Numbered from the stretch's first letter, positions 17,623 to 26,276 are shown. The stretch is DNA of 64,000 nt from an uncultured Myxococcales bacterium (GCA_964454165.1 CAYVQJ010000100.1:7594-71593); one strand, 5' to 3'. Made by a program: numbers and translations. Notes: generated by a model not told the origin, from the sequence alone.

Positions 17623-18950
17623 CAGGCGCCCTCCACGCACAGGCGCTCGAGCACGTGCGCGTACAGCGCGACGGCGCGCTCGAGCTCGGAGATGCGCGTG
17701 TGCTCGTTCGGGCGGTGCACGTTGCCGACGGAGGTGCCGGCGCCGAGCACGATCGCGTCGAGCCCGGCACAGGCGAGCACGCCAGCCTCGGTGCAGGTCG
17801 CCTTGCTGCCGAGCTTCTCGCCGATCCCGACCGCGCGCTGCGCCGCGACGACGGCCTCGACCAGCGGCGTGCGCCCGCGCGGGACGAGGGCAGGGTTCGT
17901 GCGGACGCAGCGCAGCTCGCAGACGTCTTCGAGCGCGGCGACGGCGGCGAGTGCGTCGACGCCGGGGACCGGGCGCACGTCGAAGCCGAATACGGGGCGA
18001 CCGTCGCGGAACGCGACCTTGCCGAGGCTCGCGACGCTGTGGTCGGGATCGAAGCTCGCGTCGCGCGGCTCGCCGAGAGCGTCGAGGCAGGCGCGCCAGG
18101 CGCGGCGGAAGGCGTCGAGCGGGGCGCGCGGATAGCCGACGCCGTTCGGTGTCGGCGAGCCGGGGGCCGCGCGCACGAGTTCGAGCCGGCAGCGGTCAGG
18201 CACCTGGTTCACGGTCTCGCCGCCCGCGAAGTCGACCACGCCCGCCACGTCGGGTGCGCAGGCGCGGTCGAGCGCCGCCTCGATCGCGTTCTTGCCGAGC
18301 GCGGGTGCGCTCGAGTGCGCGGCGACTCCAGCGAACTCCAGGGCGACCTTCGGAAGGTCGGTCGGCGCCGACGCGTTCGGCGTGCGCGGCAGCGCGGCCT
18401 CGAACACCGCATAGCCCTTGTGCGCGACGATCGCGGCGAGCTCGGAAGGCTCACCGACCAGGGCCCGGCCGAAGCCGCGTGTGTGGCCGCCGGCGACGAG
18501 CGCGCGCGCGCCGAGCATCCCGATCTCCTCGCCGAAGCTACCCGCGAGACGCAGCCGTCGGCGCAGCCGCGCCGGGCCCACGCGCTCGAGCGCTGCGGCC
18601 TTGCACACCAGGTCGACCTTGGCGTCGGCGGAGCCGAGCCCGTACAGCCGGTCGCCGTCGCGCGTCGCGCGGAACGGGTCGCCGCCCGTCGCGGTCCAGC
18701 GCGCCGAATCGCCCGGAGGTACGGTGTCGAGGTGGGTCAGCCAGAGCAGGCCCTCGCCGCCCGCGCGACCCGCGTCGGCGATCACGTTGCGCTGGCTGAC
18801 ACCTCCCTGTGTCGCATGCTGCAGGCGCGCTTCCAGCCCGATCGTCGCGAGCAGCTCCACCGCGAGCGCGGCGATTCGCTCGTTCCCGTCTCGCGAGACG
18901 GAAGGCGTGGCGATGAACCGCTCGGCCCAGCGCAGGATTTCGAGAGCCAT
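17622..18950 (-). CDS. M20-family deacylase (ArgE/DapE-like), first gene of AST-like operon
   Basis: LWLTHLDTVPPGD, LYGLGSADAKV, GEEIG. Its stop overlaps the astA ATG (ATGA). Confidence 0.75.
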   Translation of the reverse strand: MALEILRWAERFIATPSVSRDGNERIAALAVELLATIGLEARLQHATQGGVSQRNVIADAGRAGGEGLLWLTHLDTVPPGDSARWTATGGDPFRATRDGDRLYGLGSADAKVDLVCKAAALERVGPARLRRRLRLAGSFGEEIGMLGARALVAGGHTRGFGRALVGEPSELAAIVAHKGYAVFEAALPRTPNASAPTDLPKVALEFAGVAAHSSAPALGKNAIEAALDRACAPDVAGVVDFAGGETVNQVPDRCRLELVRAAPGSPTPNGVGYPRAPLDAFRRAWRACLDALGEPRDASFDPDHSVASLGKVAFRDGRPVFGFDVRPVPGVDALAAVAALEDVCELRCVRTNPALVPRGRTPLVEAVVAAQRAVGIGEKLGSKATCTEAGVLACAGLDAIVLGAGTSVGNVHRPNEHTRISELERAVALYAHVLERLCVEGA

Positions 18951-18989
18951 GCCTCGCTCGGATCGGCGCACCAGCGCGCCTGCTTGATC

Positions 18990-19028
18990 GCGAGCGCGAG
19001 TGCGACAACCGGCGACGCTCGCGCTCGC
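18990..19028 (-). terminator. GC-rich stem-loop between the DUF971 gene and the AST-like operon
   Basis: gcgagcgcgag (18990..19000) pairs perfectly with ctcgcgctcgc (19018..19028), with a 17-nt loop. There is no U-tract. Confidence 0.25.
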
Positions 19029-19029
19029 T

Positions 19030-19326
19030 CTAGCCCAGTTCTCTCAGGTACTCGAAGGTGTAGATCCCGGAGTCGTGATGGTCGGTCCAGGCGATCTGCA
19101 CCCCGTAGCGGCCGACCGGTGCGATCCGTACTGGGCGCACGTCGGTCGGCACGTTCTCCTCGACCAGGAGCGGCCGGCCCGTCAGCTCCTCGACGCAGCG
19201 CGCGCAGCGGCAAGCGAGTCGCAGCCCGCGCACCTCGTAGGCGCTGGTGTGCCCGTCCTTCCAGTCGATCTCGAGGGTCGCAGGCCCGGCCTGCCGGAAC
19301 GCCACCGGCGTCGTCGCCTCGCTCAC
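19030..19326 (-). CDS. DUF971 (gamma-butyrobetaine hydroxylase N-terminal-like) protein
   Basis: LEIDWKDGHTSAYEVRGLRLACRCARCVEE...VGRYGVQIAWTDHHDSGIYTFEYLR. Confidence 0.7.
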   Translation of the reverse strand: MSEATTPVAFRQAGPATLEIDWKDGHTSAYEVRGLRLACRCARCVEELTGRPLLVEENVPTDVRPVRIAPVGRYGVQIAWTDHHDSGIYTFEYLRELG

Positions 19327-19361
19327 GCTCGGAAGGCTACCCCTGATAGGATCGCGCGCCT

Positions 19362-20042
19362 ATGGCGGACAGGGACGTCGTCGCGATTCTGGGCGGCACC
19401 GGCGATCAGGGGCTCGGTCTGGCGTATCGCTTCGCGGCCGCAGGGCGCGCGGTCAGGATCGGGAGTCGCAGGCTCGATCGAGCCGTCGCTGCCGTCGACG
19501 ACGTGCGCGCCAGGGTGGGCACGTGCGACGTGCAGGGACTCGAGAACGCCGACGCCACGCGCGCGGCCGCCGGCGGGATCGTGATCCTGTCGGTGCCGTT
19601 CGAGCACACCGCGCCCACGCTCAAGGCGATCCGCGAGGCCCTCGTCCGGGGCACCGTGGTGGTCTCGATGGGCGTGCCGCTGGCGAGCGCGATCGGCGAC
19701 GTCGCGGCGCGCGTGCTCGGCGTGTCGCAAGGGTCGGTCGCCGAGCTGGTGCAGTCACTCGTGCCCGAAGGCGTCGACGTCGTCTCCGCGTTCCAGAACG
19801 TGAGTGCGCACCGCCTGCAGGCGCATCCCGCCGCGGTCGAGTGCGACGTGATCATCTCCGGCGCCAAAGCGGCGCGCGAGCGCGTCTCGAAGCTGTGCGA
19901 CGACATCCCCGGCACGCGCGCGATCGACGGCGGCCCGCTCTACAACGCGCGCTACGTCGAGCCGCTGACCGCGCTCCTGATCGGCCTCAACATCCGCTAC
20001 AAGAACCCCGACGGCTTCGGGATCCGCATCACGCACCTGTGA
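19362..20042 (+). CDS. npdG: NADPH-dependent F420 reductase-like oxidoreductase
   Basis: VAILGGTGDQGLGLAYRFAAAG (Rossmann), ILSVPFEH, ...AIDGGPLYNARYVEPLTALLIGLN. Confidence 0.7.
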   Translation: MADRDVVAILGGTGDQGLGLAYRFAAAGRAVRIGSRRLDRAVAAVDDVRARVGTCDVQGLENADATRAAAGGIVILSVPFEHTAPTLKAIREALVRGTVVVSMGVPLASAIGDVAARVLGVSQGSVAELVQSLVPEGVDVVSAFQNVSAHRLQAHPAAVECDVIISGAKAARERVSKLCDDIPGTRAIDGGPLYNARYVEPLTALLIGLNIRYKNPDGFGIRITHL

Positions 20043-20048
20043 GTGCGC

Positions 20049-20783
20049 TCAACGTCCCGTGATCCAGGTCTTGAGGCGTTCGAGGCGCGTGCGGCTACCG
20101 TAGGCGAAGACGAATTCGCTCCCGGCGCGGGCGAGCGGGGTCTTCGGCCCGAAGCGACCCACGGGCATGCCGTCGCCGGTCTGCGCTCCGCGCAGATCGC
20201 GGATGAACCAGCCGTCTCCGAGACGCCGCGCGAAGGCGCGCAGGACCGAGTCATCGGAGTCGATCAACGCCGAGCTCGGCACGTCGCACGTCTGTGTCCA
20301 GACGCGCCGGACGGCCCCGCGAACGACGTCGGCGACCGGTCCATCGTGTGGAGCCGCGCGGAAGCGCAGGTAGTCGCCGACGAAGGTGGCGAGGTCCGGG
20401 CTCTGGTAGACGAGCACGGGAGCGTCGTGGCACACGAACCATACCGGGCCGAGCGTCTCCATTCCGGGGCGCAGCTCGAGCACCCAGAAATTGCCCGCGC
20501 CATCGCCGCACGGGATCAGGACCGGCCCGAGCGGCGCGTCCCACGGGCATGGCCCGATGCTCGCGAGGTCGAAGCTCTCGAGCAGCTCGAGGCCCGCCGT
20601 CACGCGCAGCGCGTCGGCCAGCTCGCGCGGCAGCTCGAACCCGAGCTCGCGCTCGATCTCGGCCAGGCGCGCGGGCGAGGGCGGCGGCTGCAGCTGCACC
20701 TGCTCCTCCTCGCCGTCGACGTCGATCAGCGTGCGCCCGTCGGCTGCGAGCAGCACCTCTCGCGCGTTCATCGCGGATGTCAT
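20049..20783 (-). CDS. SMI1/KNR4 (SUKH) family protein
   Basis: LAEIERELGFELPRELADALRVTAGL is the typical SUKH N-terminal motif. The ATG at 20783 was chosen to avoid overlap with the upstream gene. Confidence 0.65.
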   Translation of the reverse strand: MTSAMNAREVLLAADGRTLIDVDGEEEQVQLQPPPSPARLAEIERELGFELPRELADALRVTAGLELLESFDLASIGPCPWDAPLGPVLIPCGDGAGNFWVLELRPGMETLGPVWFVCHDAPVLVYQSPDLATFVGDYLRFRAAPHDGPVADVVRGAVRRVWTQTCDVPSSALIDSDDSVLRAFARRLGDGWFIRDLRGAQTGDGMPVGRFGPKTPLARAGSEFVFAYGSRTRLERLKTWITGR

Positions 20784-20821
20784 CGGAAGTCGCGCCCGGG
20801 GTCTGGAGCGGCGGAGCGGTC

Positions 20822-21628
20822 CTAGCAGAGCACTCCATTGCACAGGTTGTCGCCGAGGGACACACCGCCGAGGATCGCGGTGAAGCCGTTCAGGTTCGAG
20901 ACGTTCCTGGTGACTAGAGTCCTGCTGTCGACGGCGATCCCGAGGCCGGCGTTCTGGAACACGCGATTTCCGGTCGCGATGCCGCTGAGCAGGGGATCAC
21001 CGACGATGGACGCCTGCATGATGATCGCGGTCCCTCCATTCGCGCGCACCTCGTTCCCCTCGAGCATGCCTCCCGCGAGCGCGACGATTCCCGAGTCGTC
21101 GTTCCCCGCGCTCAGGCAGCGCGTCACCCGCGCCGCCGAGCCCATCCGGATGCCGTGGCCCCCGCTGCTAACCACGCGCACGTCCTCGACGACGCCGGAG
21201 GTATCGTCGACAAAGACCCCGTAGCCCGAGGCGCCCGCGACGATACCGTTGCGGATGACCGTGAAGTACTCCGAGGCGTAGATCCCGGCCGCGCTCGAGT
21301 TCGAAAGCGTGCAATCGGTTACGGGATAGCCGGTGCAGGTGTTGGGCCCGGCCACCGTGAAGCCTCCGAGATCGAGCGTGACGTTCGGAGCGCCGATCCG
21401 GATGCCGGAGACGTTCGCCGGGACCGACAGATTGCTCGTGAGCAGATAGGAGCCCGACGCGCTGAGTGTCACGGGGTAGCCCGGCGTGTCGCCCGGCGTA
21501 ACGCTGCCCGCGAGCGCGCGCGCATGGTTGATCTCGATCACGCCGTCTGAGGCACGAGCCGCGGGCGTGCCTGCGAAAAGAACCGCCAGCGTGAGCGCTG
21601 AGCAGCGGCTTCTGTGCTCTATCGACAT
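20822..21628 (-). CDS. secreted right-handed beta-helix repeat protein (paralog B)
   Basis: AAGGAGA lies 5 nt upstream of the ATG at 21628. Signal peptide ..LTLAVLFAGTPAARA, then DGVIEINHARALAGSVTPGD..SYLLTSNL as in 3424..4245. Confidence 0.6.
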   Translation of the reverse strand: MSIEHRSRCSALTLAVLFAGTPAARASDGVIEINHARALAGSVTPGDTPGYPVTLSASGSYLLTSNLSVPANVSGIRIGAPNVTLDLGGFTVAGPNTCTGYPVTDCTLSNSSAAGIYASEYFTVIRNGIVAGASGYGVFVDDTSGVVEDVRVVSSGGHGIRMGSAARVTRCLSAGNDDSGIVALAGGMLEGNEVRANGGTAIIMQASIVGDPLLSGIATGNRVFQNAGLGIAVDSRTLVTRNVSNLNGFTAILGGVSLGDNLCNGVLC

Positions 21629-21639
21629 CAATGTCTCCT

Positions 21640-22701
21640 TCATGTCTGCGTCCGAGGAAATACTTCTGCGAGGCTGGCGTCGTTGGTCTCGCGCCGCAGC
21701 CGGCCGGTGAGAGCGGTGCGATCGAGAACCTCGACACAGGATCGATGCGAAGCCTTGTCGGCCGCAACCTCTTGGAGCCAGCCGACGACGGCACGACGCG
21801 CCAGCGCGGTCTCCGGCAAGAAGTCGTAGAGCAGGAAGGCGTGCGGCATTCCTTTCCAGATCTGCACGCGGGCGGAGACACCGGCTTCGACCGCCTTCTT
21901 CACGAAGCTCGTCGCGTCGTCGAGCAAGGCTTCCACGCTACCGACCACGATGAGGACGGGCGGAAAGCCGCGTAGCTCGCCGTAGTAGGGCGACGCGACT
22001 GGATCGAGCGGGTTCGCGCCCTGCAGGTAGTGACGCTGCGGGCTGACCGCGCCCTGCACGACGTACATGGGATCGCGCCACTGGTTGAGCCGCCAGGTCG
22101 CGCTGATCTGTGCGAAGTCAGTGATGGGCGAGAAGACGGCAGCAGCCCGGGGTCGCGGGAGCTCCGCCCGGCCGATCAAGTGCAACAGGGAGAGTACCAG
22201 ATTGCCGCCGGCCGAGTCCCCCATGAGCACGATGTCACTCGCTCGATAGCCGCCGGCGAGCAGATGTCGGTACGCGGCGAGGCAGTCCTCGGGAGCAGCG
22301 GGAAACGGATGCTCGGGGGCGAGCCGATACCAAGGCAAGAACGCACTGGCAGCCAGATCGGCGCAGAAGCCGGCCGCAAAGGCGGTGTGAGTGTTCGGCA
22401 AGCGCAAGACGAACGCGCCGCCATGCAGATACAGAATGACTTTGCGCGGACTCGCCGCGTTGCGGATCCAGCGACCGGCGATCGGGTCGACCTGCTCCTC
22501 GATCACGAGTCCGGGAGGGAGCGAGACGCGAGCCCGAGCGTCCCGCTGCGCGTAGCGAGGCCGATACTCCGTGACCTCCCGCGGCTTCCGGTAGGCGATG
22601 CGCGTGGCGATCCGCGTCAGGAAGTTCAGCGCTCGCGATCGGACGCTCGGCATCCAGCCATGATACGCCGGTCGTCTCGCGGGTCGCTGCGTACTTTCCA
22701 T
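21640..22701 (-). CDS. alpha/beta-fold esterase/lipase (HSL family)
   Basis: ILYLHGGAFV (HGG box) and GDSAGGNL (GxSxG). Confidence 0.75.
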   Translation of the reverse strand: MESTQRPARRPAYHGWMPSVRSRALNFLTRIATRIAYRKPREVTEYRPRYAQRDARARVSLPPGLVIEEQVDPIAGRWIRNAASPRKVILYLHGGAFVLRLPNTHTAFAAGFCADLAASAFLPWYRLAPEHPFPAAPEDCLAAYRHLLAGGYRASDIVLMGDSAGGNLVLSLLHLIGRAELPRPRAAAVFSPITDFAQISATWRLNQWRDPMYVVQGAVSPQRHYLQGANPLDPVASPYYGELRGFPPVLIVVGSVEALLDDATSFVKKAVEAGVSARVQIWKGMPHAFLLYDFLPETALARRAVVGWLQEVAADKASHRSCVEVLDRTALTGRLRRETNDASLAEVFPRTQT

Positions 22702-22731
22702 CCGATTGGCCGTCGGTCAGAATGCGCCAGC

Positions 22732-24264
22732 ATGGAAGCGCGCGATCACCGACAGCTCCTCGCCATCATGTTCACCGACGTGGTGGGCTACACCGCTTTG
22801 ACGGAGCGCGACGAGGCCGCCGCGTTACGGGTGCGGACGCAGCATCGCGAGCTGGTGCACACGCTGGTGACGCAGTTCGACGGCGAGGTGGTCGACGCCA
22901 CCGGCGACGAGTCGCTGTCGATCTTCCCGAGCGCGCTGCGCGCGGTCGACTGCGCTCTGGCGCTCCAGGGAGCGCTGCGCAGCTACCCCGACATGCGGCT
23001 CCGGATCGGGATCCACCTGGGGGACGTGATCCGCCGCGACGGCGAGGTCGTCGGCGAGGGCGTGAACGTGGGCGCGCGGATCCGCCCGCTGGCCGAGCCC
23101 GGCGGCATCTGCGTCTCGGAGCCGGTGTACCAGATGGTGCGCAGCCGGGCGCACGTGAAGGCGCACGCTCTCGGCTCGCAGTCCTTCAAGAACGTCGGCG
23201 CACCGATGTCGGTGTACGCGCTCAGTGTGGCGGACGGGGAGCCGACACGCGCCGCGCCCCGACGCCGTCGCGCGCTGCGGGCGAGCCTGGCGGGCGCGTT
23301 CGTGCTGGTGGCCGCCGTGATCGTGCTCAACCGCAACGCCATTCTGGCCTGGGCCGCCCTCAACGGGCCCCGCTACTTCGCCAATCCCATCGAGCAGAGG
23401 ATCGGCTTCGCGCAGACTAGCGACGGCGTACGCATCGCCTATGCGACCACCGGTCAGGGTCCCGCCATCGTCTTCGTCCTGGGCTGGGCGACGCACATCG
23501 AGGGAGGCTTCGACAGCCCGCTGTACGACGCGGCAGGGCTGCTCCCGATGTCCTCCGCGGACCACCTGTTCGTCCGCTACGACGGACGCGGCTTCGGGCT
23601 CTCCGATCGGGACGTCACGGACTTCTCGCTCGACGCGCGCGTCCGGGATATCGAGGCAGTGGTCGCCGCGCTCCGCCTCGACCGCTCTGCGATCTACGCC
23701 GCGTCGGCAGGGGGACCCGCGGCGATCGCGTATGTCGCACGGCACCCCGAGCGCGTGACGCGCCTGGTGCTGGCGAGCACGCAGGCGTCGTTCGGCTGGT
23801 TGCCGAGCGACGCTCGCGATCGTTTCGTGCGCATGCTCGCGCTGTTCCAGACGGACTGGGAGGCGCCCGCGGTCACGAACATGATGGTAGAGCTGCTTGC
23901 TGCCAGCTCCGACGAAGTGTCGCAGCGTGTTCTCGGCGAATTCCTGCGGCGCTCCGCCTCGGGTCCCGCCATCGCAGGCTTCTTCAGCGCGGGTCTCGAG
24001 CTCGACGCTTCCCAGGAGGCCCGCCAGATCTCGATTCCCACACTCGTCATTCACGGCCGCGACGATCCGGTGATCGGGATCGAGGCCGGGCGCAGACTGG
24101 CCGCGCTGATCCCGAACGTCCGCTTCGAGGTCGTCGAGGGCGGACACGCGGAGGGAAGCGGCCTCACTCCCGAGGTCCGCGCGCGGATCCTCCGCTTCAT
24201 CGACGAGGAGCCGAGCCCTCCGGCGGCTGGATCAGCGGGCGGCCCGACCTCAGGGGGTTCGTAG
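22732..24264 (+). CDS. class III adenylate/guanylate cyclase - TM segment - alpha/beta hydrolase fusion
   Basis: LAIMFTDVVGYTAL, ATGDESLSIF, RIGIHLGDV and GEGVNVGARI are followed by a hydrophobic LAGAFVLVAAVIVL, then a hydrolase fold (DGRGFGLSD, IHGRDDPV). Confidence 0.8.
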   Translation: MEARDHRQLLAIMFTDVVGYTALTERDEAAALRVRTQHRELVHTLVTQFDGEVVDATGDESLSIFPSALRAVDCALALQGALRSYPDMRLRIGIHLGDVIRRDGEVVGEGVNVGARIRPLAEPGGICVSEPVYQMVRSRAHVKAHALGSQSFKNVGAPMSVYALSVADGEPTRAAPRRRRALRASLAGAFVLVAAVIVLNRNAILAWAALNGPRYFANPIEQRIGFAQTSDGVRIAYATTGQGPAIVFVLGWATHIEGGFDSPLYDAAGLLPMSSADHLFVRYDGRGFGLSDRDVTDFSLDARVRDIEAVVAALRLDRSAIYAASAGGPAAIAYVARHPERVTRLVLASTQASFGWLPSDARDRFVRMLALFQTDWEAPAVTNMMVELLAASSDEVSQRVLGEFLRRSASGPAIAGFFSAGLELDASQEARQISIPTLVIHGRDDPVIGIEAGRRLAALIPNVRFEVVEGGHAEGSGLTPEVRARILRFIDEEPSPPAAGSAGGPTSGGS

Positions 24265-24300
24265 CCGAGCAGCGCGTTGCGCAGTTCGCGCGCACGGGGC

Positions 24301-26088
24301 TCAGACCGGCAGGCCGACGGCGCGCATCAGGGCGAGGGCGTTGCCGTGGGAGACGACGCCCGGCCGGAGCCGGTAGTCGAAGTGGAGCGCGTCTGCGGCG
24401 AGGCCGTCCTCGAAGTGCACGTTCGAGGCGCGCGGCGCCAGCGCGTCGGCGATCTCGCACAGCGCCAGGTCGTGAGTGGTGACGATCCCGAGCGCGCCTC
24501 GCTCCACGAGGTGGCGCACGACCGCCTCGGCGCCGATGCGACGGTCGCGCGAGTTCGTGCCCTGCAAGAGCTCGTCGAGCAGGAAGAGCGCTGGCACGGC
24601 GCCGTCGCACAGCGCCGCGATCCGCCGCAGCGCCTTGATCTCGGCGTAGAAGTGCGAGGCGCCGTCGACGAGCGAGTCCACCACGACGAGTGACGCGCCG
24701 ACGGCGAGCGGTGACATGCGGAGCGCGCTCGCGCAGACCGGCGCTCCCGCCTGCGCCATGACCGCGGCGACGCCGACGCTGCGCAGCAGCGTGCTCTTGC
24801 CCGACATGTTCGAGCCGGAGATCACGAGCAGGCGCTGCTCCGGGCCGAGCGACACATCGTTGCGTACGCAGCGCTCCGCCGGGATCAGCGGATGGCCGAG
24901 TCCCGCCGCCTCGAAGCGCGCGGGTCCCGCGGCGACGTCCGGGAACGCGTCGTCGGGATGCGCGAAGCGGTACGAGCCGATGTCGATCAGCGCCTCGAGC
25001 TCGCCGAGCGCCGCCATCCACGTCCCGAGAGCTCGCCCGGTGCGCGAGCGCCAGGCTTCGAGTGCCAGGGCGGTGTGCGTGCTCCAGAGCAGCACGAGGG
25101 CGATCGGCGCGAAGAACGCATTGCGCGGCGAGTCGAGCAGATCCACCAGACGCGCCAGGCGCGCGACCTGCGCCGACGGGGGAGCGCCCTCGTGCTCGAA
25201 CGCGCGCTGGAGCGTCCGAAGTGCGGGCGCGTCGAAGGGCGCGCGCTCGATCTGCGCGAGCAGCCCGGCGAGCAGCTCGAGCTGGCGCGCGGCGCTCGCC
25301 ACGCCGGCGACCGCTCGCTGCACGCGCGCAGCCAGCACGCGCGCGAGCACGGACTGGAGCAGCAGCGCGCCGAGAAACGGCAGCGCGCCGGCGCCGGTCC
25401 ACCAGAGCACGAGCGTCGCCGCTGCGAGCGCGTTACAGCCGATCACGGCTGCGCGGAGCTCGCGGCGCCCGGGTGCAGGCGCGACCGCTCCCCAGCTCGC
25501 GAGCGCGTCTGCGTCGACGGCGTCGCGCAGGTCCGGGCCGAGCGTCGCGAACCGCTCGCGCCAGTCGAGGAGCGGCGCGAGCTCTGCCACCGCGGCCTGC
25601 CGCGCGCGCACGTCGTCGGGAGCCGCTGCGCTCGAGAGGAAACGCGCGAGCGTCTGCTCGCCGCTCCGCGTGCGCGCGCCGCACAGGAGCTCGAAGAGCG
25701 AGCCGGCACCGAACAGGTCGAGCTGAGTCGCGTAAGGATGCTCGGGGTGCGCGTGCTCCTCGCCCGTGCGACCGCTGCCCGCAAAGCGGTGCTCCATCCG
25801 CGCGAGCGTGCGCTCGTAGAAGCGCTCGGCTCGTCGCGCCAGCAACAGCGCGGCTCGAGCTCGCAGGTGCACGACGATCGAAAGGGCAAAGCCCGCCAGG
25901 GGAACGACAGTCCACGCGAGCGAGGCGTCTCCCAGCTTCGCGGCTCCCGCCACGCCGAGGACAAGCGCGAACGTGGCCAGCCGCAGCGATGCGAGCCGCT
26001 CCACACGGCGGCCGAGGCGGTCGGCGACGGCCCCCCGGGCCGTGCGACGGCGCCCGAGCTCCGCGTGCGCCGCCGCCACCTCGCTCAT
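24301..26088 (-). CDS. MutS-related ATPase (domain V only) with N-terminal membrane-spanning region
   Basis: Walker A ISGSNMSGKSTLLRSVG. FLLDELLQGTNSRDR and TTHDL. The N-terminal part is hydrophobic (LATFALVLGVAGA, VVPLAGFALSIVV). There is no mismatch-binding domain. Confidence 0.75.
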   Translation of the reverse strand: MSEVAAAHAELGRRRTARGAVADRLGRRVERLASLRLATFALVLGVAGAAKLGDASLAWTVVPLAGFALSIVVHLRARAALLLARRAERFYERTLARMEHRFAGSGRTGEEHAHPEHPYATQLDLFGAGSLFELLCGARTRSGEQTLARFLSSAAAPDDVRARQAAVAELAPLLDWRERFATLGPDLRDAVDADALASWGAVAPAPGRRELRAAVIGCNALAAATLVLWWTGAGALPFLGALLLQSVLARVLAARVQRAVAGVASAARQLELLAGLLAQIERAPFDAPALRTLQRAFEHEGAPPSAQVARLARLVDLLDSPRNAFFAPIALVLLWSTHTALALEAWRSRTGRALGTWMAALGELEALIDIGSYRFAHPDDAFPDVAAGPARFEAAGLGHPLIPAERCVRNDVSLGPEQRLLVISGSNMSGKSTLLRSVGVAAVMAQAGAPVCASALRMSPLAVGASLVVVDSLVDGASHFYAEIKALRRIAALCDGAVPALFLLDELLQGTNSRDRRIGAEAVVRHLVERGALGIVTTHDLALCEIADALAPRASNVHFEDGLAADALHFDYRLRPGVVSHGNALALMRAVGLPV

Positions 26089-26229
26089 GCGCGCAAGGTA
26101 GGCAACCGCGATCCGCGATCGAATCGGTAGGCCGGACGCGGGCTTGCGTGCCCGGAGCGCACCTCGAAGTGGTCCGGCCAATTCGCGACGCAAACGCCGC
26201 TCTCCAGGGCCGCCCGAAATGCCAAGGAA

Positions 26230-26276
26230 TCTCAACATCTTGGAGTTCTGGAATCGCGAGGCCCAAGATCTGGTGG
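26230..26276 (+). promoter_or_regulatory. possible tandem NrdR-like boxes upstream of nrdJ
   Basis: tctCAACATCTTGgag (26230..26245) and gccCAAGATCTGGtgg (26261..26276) share the core C-A-A-N-A-T-C-T-K-G. Centres are 31 bp apart (3 helical turns), ~215 nt upstream of the nrdJ ATG. Confidence 0.3.

Noticed and set aside
20784-20843. Longer version of the SUKH ORF (start 20843) overlapping the upstream beta-helix gene.
   Set aside because: The extension (MQWSALLGPLRRSRPRARLP) is Arg-rich and overlaps the upstream coding region. The internal ATG at 20783 gives a normal SUKH N-terminus.
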